Shown piece by piece: positions 49,045 through 54,142 of a DNA stretch of 54,142 nt; position 1 is the stretch's first letter, and every line of letters starts with the position of its first letter. The notes under the pieces were generated by a model. It did no database searches and was not told where the DNA came from. It worked only from the letters and a program-made list of their open reading frames with translations. Made by a program: the position numbers and the translations under genes. Origin of the DNA: Alphaproteobacteria bacterium UBA3002 (GTDB lineage: Bacteria > Pseudomonadota > Alphaproteobacteria > Rickettsiales > UBA3002); assembly GCA_002346425.1 (NCBI GenBank), contig DDZS01000063.1:1-54142 (forward strand), given 5' to 3'.

Positions 49045-49191
49045 ATGATGGAAAAAGCCAAACCAGAAAGCCCGCACAAACCGGAAGAAACGCCAGAGCA
49101 AGGCCAGAGCGAAGAGGTCGGCGGGTCTGAAAAGCCGGAACCGACCCGTTATGGCGATTGGGAAATCAATGGAAGGTGCATTGACTTTTAG
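49045..49191 (+). CDS. DUF1674 / SDHAF4-like small protein (48 aa)
   Basis: C-terminus EVGGSEKPEPTRYGDWEINGRCIDF; start moved from the 100-aa ORF to ATG 49045. Confidence 0.92.
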   Translation: MMEKAKPESPHKPEETPEQGQSEEVGGSEKPEPTRYGDWEINGRCIDF

Positions 49192-49215
49192 GTGATTTCC
49201 GGCTCTTGAGAGGGC

Positions 49216-50289
49216 ATGCAAATTTTAGCCGTTCTTCCCCCGCGCGAAGGGTTCTCGCCGCACGCGTTCGGCGCGGTCAGCCTTTCCGTGCGCGATTTCG
49301 CGCTGTATAGCCGCTTTCGCGAGGATATTACGGTCACCGGACTGATCGACACCGAGCCTTATTCCGATGTTACGTATCAATGCCTCACGCTGGATCAGCG
49401 CTGGTATCAACGTAAGCAACGCGCCTATCTTCAGGCGATTTTGCAATATATTTCTGAACATCCACCGGAATTGATTGAAGTGCATAATCGCCCAGCGCTG
49501 GCATTGCAGTTGGCAGGCTGCACATCGATTCCGGTAGCGTTGCACTTGCATAATGACCCGCAGGAAATGCGCAAAGCGCAGACGGCGCGGCAACGCTTAG
49601 AATTGCTGCGTAAAATGCATATTTATTGCGTGAGCGATTGGGTGAAACAGCGGTTTAAGGCCGGCATTGGCCACGCCTTCGCGCATAAACTCTTTGTAAC
49701 GCCATGCGGAATCGAACTGCCCACACTGCCGACACCGAAACGCCAGCAAATTGTCTATGTAGGGCGGATGACGCCAAATAAAGGCGTGCTAGAAGCGGTG
49801 CAGGCATTAGCTGCAGTGCTGCCCGAATTTCCAGAGTGGCAGGCAAGCATAATTGGCGGCAGGCGCCATAGCGCATCGGAACGCTTAAGCGACTATGAGC
49901 AGGCAGTGCAGCAAGCGGCAATCCCGCAAATAGCCATCCGCGGCTTTCAGCCCTATGATGTAACTCAGGCGGCGATTGCCGAAGCGGAAATCATGCTGGT
50001 GCCCTCAAAATGGGATGAGCCGTTTGGGCGTACCGCGTTGGAAGCGCTGGCGCATGGCTGCGCGGTAATTACTTCCGGCCATGGCGGTTTGCGCGAAGTG
50101 GTGGACGATCATGCCGTAATGTGTGACGTGACCTCCGACGCGATTGCGATGGCGCTGCGGCAAACCTTGCAGGATAATGCGCTGCGCCGCGGCCTGCAAA
50201 AAGGTGCTCCTCAACAGGCGGCAAAGTATGCGATTGCCAAATGCGCTGCAATTCTGGATGATGCCCGCGAAACGATTGTGGCGGCATGA
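49216..50289 (+). CDS. Glycosyltransferase family 4 (LPS core-type)
   Basis: IEVHNRP, YVGRMTPNKG, PSKWDEPFGRTALEA.A.G. Confidence 0.9.
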   Translation: MQILAVLPPREGFSPHAFGAVSLSVRDFALYSRFREDITVTGLIDTEPYSDVTYQCLTLDQRWYQRKQRAYLQAILQYISEHPPELIEVHNRPALALQLAGCTSIPVALHLHNDPQEMRKAQTARQRLELLRKMHIYCVSDWVKQRFKAGIGHAFAHKLFVTPCGIELPTLPTPKRQQIVYVGRMTPNKGVLEAVQALAAVLPEFPEWQASIIGGRRHSASERLSDYEQAVQQAAIPQIAIRGFQPYDVTQAAIAEAEIMLVPSKWDEPFGRTALEALAHGCAVITSGHGGLREVVDDHAVMCDVTSDAIAMALRQTLQDNALRRGLQKGAPQQAAKYAIAKCAAILDDARETIVAA

Positions 50290-51512
50290 CCTGGAATACT
50301 CGACTTGAAACTTTAGCGTTTTGGCTGTTGCTACTGGTACCCCTGACAGCCCCTGTGAGTCGCTTCGCTTCGGATGTCTGTCTGATATTCGTCGCAATTT
50401 TTTTCCTGATTCATTCAATTTTCACACGCGATCTGGCATGGTTGCGCCATCGCTGGGTACAAATAGCCTTGGCGCTCTGGGCCTATCTGGTGGTCCGTGC
50501 TGTTTTTACGGAAGAAATGGTAGAGTCGGTGGGACGCGCGGCATCGTGGCTGCGGTTCCCGATCTTCGCTGCCGCGATGGCGTATTGGTTGCTGCGCGAT
50601 GAAAGGCGTCACCGAACACTGCTTTATAGCCTTTCCATTGCCTTGGGCTTTATGATCCTCGACACCTTCATGCAATATTTGCTGGGATTTGATATCTTAG
50701 GCCGCGCACCGATCCCCAACGAAGGTAGCCCGCGACTGACCGGCCCCTTCACTTCGCCACGGGTCGGCATCATGATCATCTGGCTGGCCGTGCCGGCGAT
50801 GGCATGGTGGTTGATGCAACCGGGCCGTAAATCACTATTGTTGGGCGTGTTATTCACTGCCGGCAGTGCCCTTGTTATTTTTCTAAGTGGGGAGCGCATG
50901 GCATTTTTATTGACCGGCCTCGCCTTTATTCTGGCCTTTGCTATTTTACCTGCCTCGCGCATTAAAATGGCGGGCATTGGCGCGCTTACCGCGCTACTGC
51001 TTAGCATTGCAGTGTGGCATAACCCTGGTTTGATGGAGCGGCAAGGGCAACAAACCTCCGAAGTCGTTGGGGAGATTAGTGGATCCATTTATGGCCAAAT
51101 CTGGCAGAGCGGGATTGAGATCAGCAAAGAGCATCTGTGGATTGGCGTCGGGCTACGGCAGTTTCGGGTATATTGCCCGGATGCGGCCTATGGCCCGGTC
51201 AATAATATCGAGATGCGCTGTAATCTGCACCCGCATAATATGTATCTGGAATGGCTGGTTGAAGCGGGTCTGATAGGATTAATCGGTTTTGTCGGCATTG
51301 TTCTCTGCTGGTTACGCCCTATCCCAGCGCGGTTTGCGGAATTACGACGCGACCCGTTATGTGTGGGCTTACTTATTACACTAGTCATTCGGTTATGGCC
51401 GCTCGCCTCAACCACCAGTTTCTTTACTTCCTGGTCTGCCGTACCATTTTGGCTGATGGCAGGCTGGTGGCTGGCGGTCTTACAACCCTCTTACGCGAAA
51501 GGTCAGTCATGA
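50286..51512 (+). CDS. O-antigen ligase (WaaL/Wzy_C) family protein
   Basis: Many TM segments; LSGERMA, GVGL..FR..C, CNLHPHNMYLEWL.E.GLIG. Confidence 0.88.
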   Translation: MTWNTRLETLAFWLLLLVPLTAPVSRFASDVCLIFVAIFFLIHSIFTRDLAWLRHRWVQIALALWAYLVVRAVFTEEMVESVGRAASWLRFPIFAAAMAYWLLRDERRHRTLLYSLSIALGFMILDTFMQYLLGFDILGRAPIPNEGSPRLTGPFTSPRVGIMIIWLAVPAMAWWLMQPGRKSLLLGVLFTAGSALVIFLSGERMAFLLTGLAFILAFAILPASRIKMAGIGALTALLLSIAVWHNPGLMERQGQQTSEVVGEISGSIYGQIWQSGIEISKEHLWIGVGLRQFRVYCPDAAYGPVNNIEMRCNLHPHNMYLEWLVEAGLIGLIGFVGIVLCWLRPIPARFAELRRDPLCVGLLITLVIRLWPLASTTSFFTSWSAVPFWLMAGWWLAVLQPSYAKGQS

Positions 51513-52258
51513 TTATTTTGCTTTCCCCATCTAAAACCCTGGATATGGATGCGAAAGCACCCCATGGCAAACCCACGCAGCCGCGATTTTTAGAGCAGAC
51601 CGAAACACTAGCTGCGATCATGAAAAAACAGAGTACCAGTGATTTAAAAAAGCTGATGGGCATTAGCGATAAGCTCGCGGAACTCAACGAAGCACGGTTT
51701 AAAGCATTTAGCACTCCGTTTACCCGACTGAATGCGACACCTGCGCTTTATGCGTTTCAGGGCGATGTGTATGAAGGAATGGACGCCGCAAGTTTCTCAG
51801 CTGAAGACGTTGCCTTCGCACAAACGCATCTGCGTATGCTTTCAGGGTTTTATGGCTTATTGCGCCCGATGGATTTGATGCAGGCGTATCGATTGGAAAT
51901 GGGCATCAAATTGAACAATGCAAAAGGGAAAGACCTGTATGCATTTTGGGGCGAGGCGTTACAGCGGCAAATTGCCAAAGAGGCGGATTATGTCGTCAAC
52001 TTAGCGTCGCAGGAATATGCCAAAGCGGCGAAACTTGGCACTATCGAAAAACCCGTCATCACGCCGATTTTCAAAGAGAAGAAAGGCAATCAGCTTAAGG
52101 TGATCGCACTGATGGCAAAGCGGGCGCGGGGCCGTATGGCACGCTGGATTATTCAGCATCGCCTGACGCAACCGGAATTATTAAGCCAGTTTGCGGAAGA
52201 CGGGTACCGGTTCGACCCGCATTTATCGAACGAGCAGGAACTGACCTTTACGCGTTAG
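51509..52258 (+). CDS. yaaA: Peroxide stress protein YaaA
   Basis: [48 protein letters not shown]; start moved to ATG 51509. Confidence 0.95.
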   Translation: MIILLSPSKTLDMDAKAPHGKPTQPRFLEQTETLAAIMKKQSTSDLKKLMGISDKLAELNEARFKAFSTPFTRLNATPALYAFQGDVYEGMDAASFSAEDVAFAQTHLRMLSGFYGLLRPMDLMQAYRLEMGIKLNNAKGKDLYAFWGEALQRQIAKEADYVVNLASQEYAKAAKLGTIEKPVITPIFKEKKGNQLKVIALMAKRARGRMARWIIQHRLTQPELLSQFAEDGYRFDPHLSNEQELTFTR

Positions 52259-54142
52259 CTATTGCGAATTTTGTTCAGGAAGGCATCCACCTGACTATCC
52301 AATTTTTCGGCCTGCTGCGATAATTCTTTTGTCGCCTGTAAAATCTGTTCCGCCGAAGACGTCGCTTCTTCGGAAGCATTTTTCACCTGATCCAGACTAT
52401 TATTAACCACGCTGGTACTTTGCGCCGCATTTTGCATGCTTCCGGCAATCTCGTTGGTGGTGGCCGATTGTTCTTCAACGGCAGAAGCGACACTATTCGA
52501 TGCTTCGGAAATATTGCCTACAGAGCTGCGAATATCCGCCAGCGAGCTCACAATATCTTTCGATGCCAAATTCATGTCGTTGATGACGCGGGTGATCTCT
52601 TCAATAGAACTGTCCGTTTGGCTCGCAAGGTTTTTCACTTCGCTGGCGACGACCGCGAAGCCTTTTCCGGCCTCTCCGGCGCGGGCTGATTCGATAGTAG
52701 CATTTAAGGCAAGCAGGTTAATCTGTCCGGCAATATCGGCAATGAGCTGAATCACTTCTTCGACCTTTTTCGTCGCAAGCGAAAGGGAAGCGGCATGTTT
52801 ATCGGCCGTTTCAGCGCGTGAAACCGAATCGCGCACCATTTGATTCGACTGCTGCATTTGCGACGAAATCTCTTTGACCGAAGCCGATAATTCTTCTGCG
52901 GCTGAGGCAACGGTTTGCACATTGCGGCTGGTTTGTTGCGCGGCATGCACTGCTTCATTTGACGTTGAGTTGGATCGGCTGATCGCATCTACTACGCCTT
53001 CGGTCGTCAGTGACAACTCCGTCGCAGCGGCGGCAACCATGCTCACAATGCCTTTCACTTCATTCTCAAAGTCATCGGCCAGCTGTTGCATCATTTCGCG
53101 TTTTTCCTGAGCGGAGCGCTCTTCGGCTTCTATGCGTTCCTGCGCGAGTTGTTCTTTCTCAATGGCCTGATCTTTGAACACGAGGGCCGAGCGCGCTAAA
53201 TCGCCGACTTCGTCGCGACGTTCTGTGCCATGGATATCAATATCCAAATCCCCATTGGCAATCGCGGCTAGTTTTTCATTGACCGAAGTTAGGGGAACCG
53301 TCATGGCCCGTGCGGAGAACCACGCCAAAAATGCGATAACAAGCAACGCAACGGCGGACCATATCACCATATCCATTTCCAAGGATAAAATGGGGGCCAT
53401 AATTTCATCCCAAGATTCTTCGACGATCAATGCGTATTGCGCGCCGAAAAAGTTGATCGGTTTATACACGACAGCGACTTCCTCGCCTTGCGCATTATAG
53501 GTACGGTCAGTTCCTTCCTCACCACTCATCGCCCGATCAACCAAAGGAGAATCCGCTTTTTCTTTCAAAATGGTGGTCTCTTCCGAATAACGCAGGTCAG
53601 AGCGCAGCAGACGGTCTGGACCAACCAGATAAGCACTCGCTTTTTCGCCTAACCCATCATAAGCACTAATGATTTTATTGATACGATCAATCGGCATTTG
53701 GAACACCAAAACGCCCACCTTTTCCGTATGCTTATAAATGGGGGTGGAGATAAAACTAGCGGGCGCTCCGTGGCTGGGGGCGTAAGGCTTAAAGTCAAAG
53801 AAGAAGCTTTCCCCATTCTTGGCAGTTTCAGCGGCGGCAGCGCGGAACGCATTTCCCAAATCGGTGTCTTTCCACTCACCATTCATCACATTGGTGGCGT
53901 AATCCAATTCCTTGAAAACGGTATAGACCAGATTGCCATCGAGATCGAATAGGAAGATATCGTAATACCCACGTGCTTCCAGAAACTCCCGGTAGAAGGG
54001 ATGATAGCTGCTATGTACGTAGCTATATTGCGAACCATCCGTCGCATAATTCAGCAATTGTTTTTCACCCGTCGGGTTGGGATTATCGGTGATGTATAAC
54101 TGTTGCAGCACTTCAGTAGGATCGCCGTTAATATCATCCCAT
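52255..54142 (-). CDS. Methyl-accepting chemotaxis protein (Cache-like sensor, TM, HAMP, MCP signal domain), 5'-truncated
   Basis: [13 protein letters not shown]; [31 protein letters not shown]; frame open to the window end. Confidence 0.95.
   Translation of the reverse strand, partial: WDDINGDPTEVLQQLYITDNPNPTGEKQLLNYATDGSQYSYVHSSYHPFYREFLEARGYYDIFLFDLDGNLVYTVFKELDYATNVMNGEWKDTDLGNAFRAAAAETAKNGESFFFDFKPYAPSHGAPASFISTPIYKHTEKVGVLVFQMPIDRINKIISAYDGLGEKASAYLVGPDRLLRSDLRYSEETTILKEKADSPLVDRAMSGEEGTDRTYNAQGEEVAVVYKPINFFGAQYALIVEESWDEIMAPILSLEMDMVIWSAVALLVIAFLAWFSARAMTVPLTSVNEKLAAIANGDLDIDIHGTERRDEVGDLARSALVFKDQAIEKEQLAQERIEAEERSAQEKREMMQQLADDFENEVKGIVSMVAAAATELSLTTEGVVDAISRSNSTSNEAVHAAQQTSRNVQTVASAAEELSASVKEISSQMQQSNQMVRDSVSRAETADKHAASLSLATKKVEEVIQLIADIAGQINLLALNATIESARAGEAGKGFAVVASEVKNLASQTDSSIEEITRVINDMNLASKDIVSSLADIRSSVGNISEASNSVASAVEEQSATTNEIAGSMQNAAQSTSVVNNSLDQVKNASEEATSSAEQILQATKELSQQAEKLDSQVDAFLNKIRNS

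Noticed and set aside
7738-51508. Long N-terminal extensions given by the ORF track for rpiB, panB, rppH, gpmI, rplU, rplM, fabG, fabD, XRE-S24, DUF1674 and yaaA
   Set aside because: They come from upstream near-cognate starts overlapping promoters or neighbouring genes; family N-termini begin at the downstream ATGs used
1-54142. CRISPR array, tRNA/rRNA, prophage, IS or defence island
   Set aside because: No regularly spaced repeats, RNA gene signatures, integrase, transposase or nuclease ORFs, and no intergenic gap large enough

Overview
A gene-dense, almost entirely housekeeping segment of an alphaproteobacterial chromosome. The attribution is inferred from the gene strings rpmH-rnpA-yidD-yidC-engB-argB, rplU-rpmA-obgE-proB-proA-nadD-rsfS-rlmH-gpmI-envC-ctpA and fabD-fabG-acpP-fabF-mltG, plus PleC/DivJ-type and TacA-type regulators. 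About 55 CDSs cover riboflavin, proline, arginine, pantothenate and fatty-acid synthesis, ribosomal proteins, envelope functions and chemotaxis. I saw no rRNA, tRNA, CRISPR array, prophage or transposase; the only repeat element is one REP-like double palindrome. Two short genes missed or mis-started by the ORF track were added (rpmH, DUF1674). The most interesting signals are: (1) three adjacent co-oriented genes whose catalytic residues are substituted while the ORFs stay intact - a GmhA with Gln at the His180 position, a TacA-like enhancer-binding protein lacking the phospho-Asp, GAFTGA, Walker B and sensor II, and an XRE-S24 protein lacking both Ser and Lys of the dyad; (2) a type IV pilus/T2SS-like cassette (PilD, MshL-like lipoprotein secretin, PilI-like permease, PilG/XapA-like protein) behind a promoter carrying a perfect DnaA box; (3) a lone phoR head-to-head with a distant PiT-like transporter; (4) an unrecognised 450-aa membrane protein; (5) a probable inversion inside the riboflavin operon and many leaderless-looking starts. 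All family assignments are from motif recognition by eye, without database searches.
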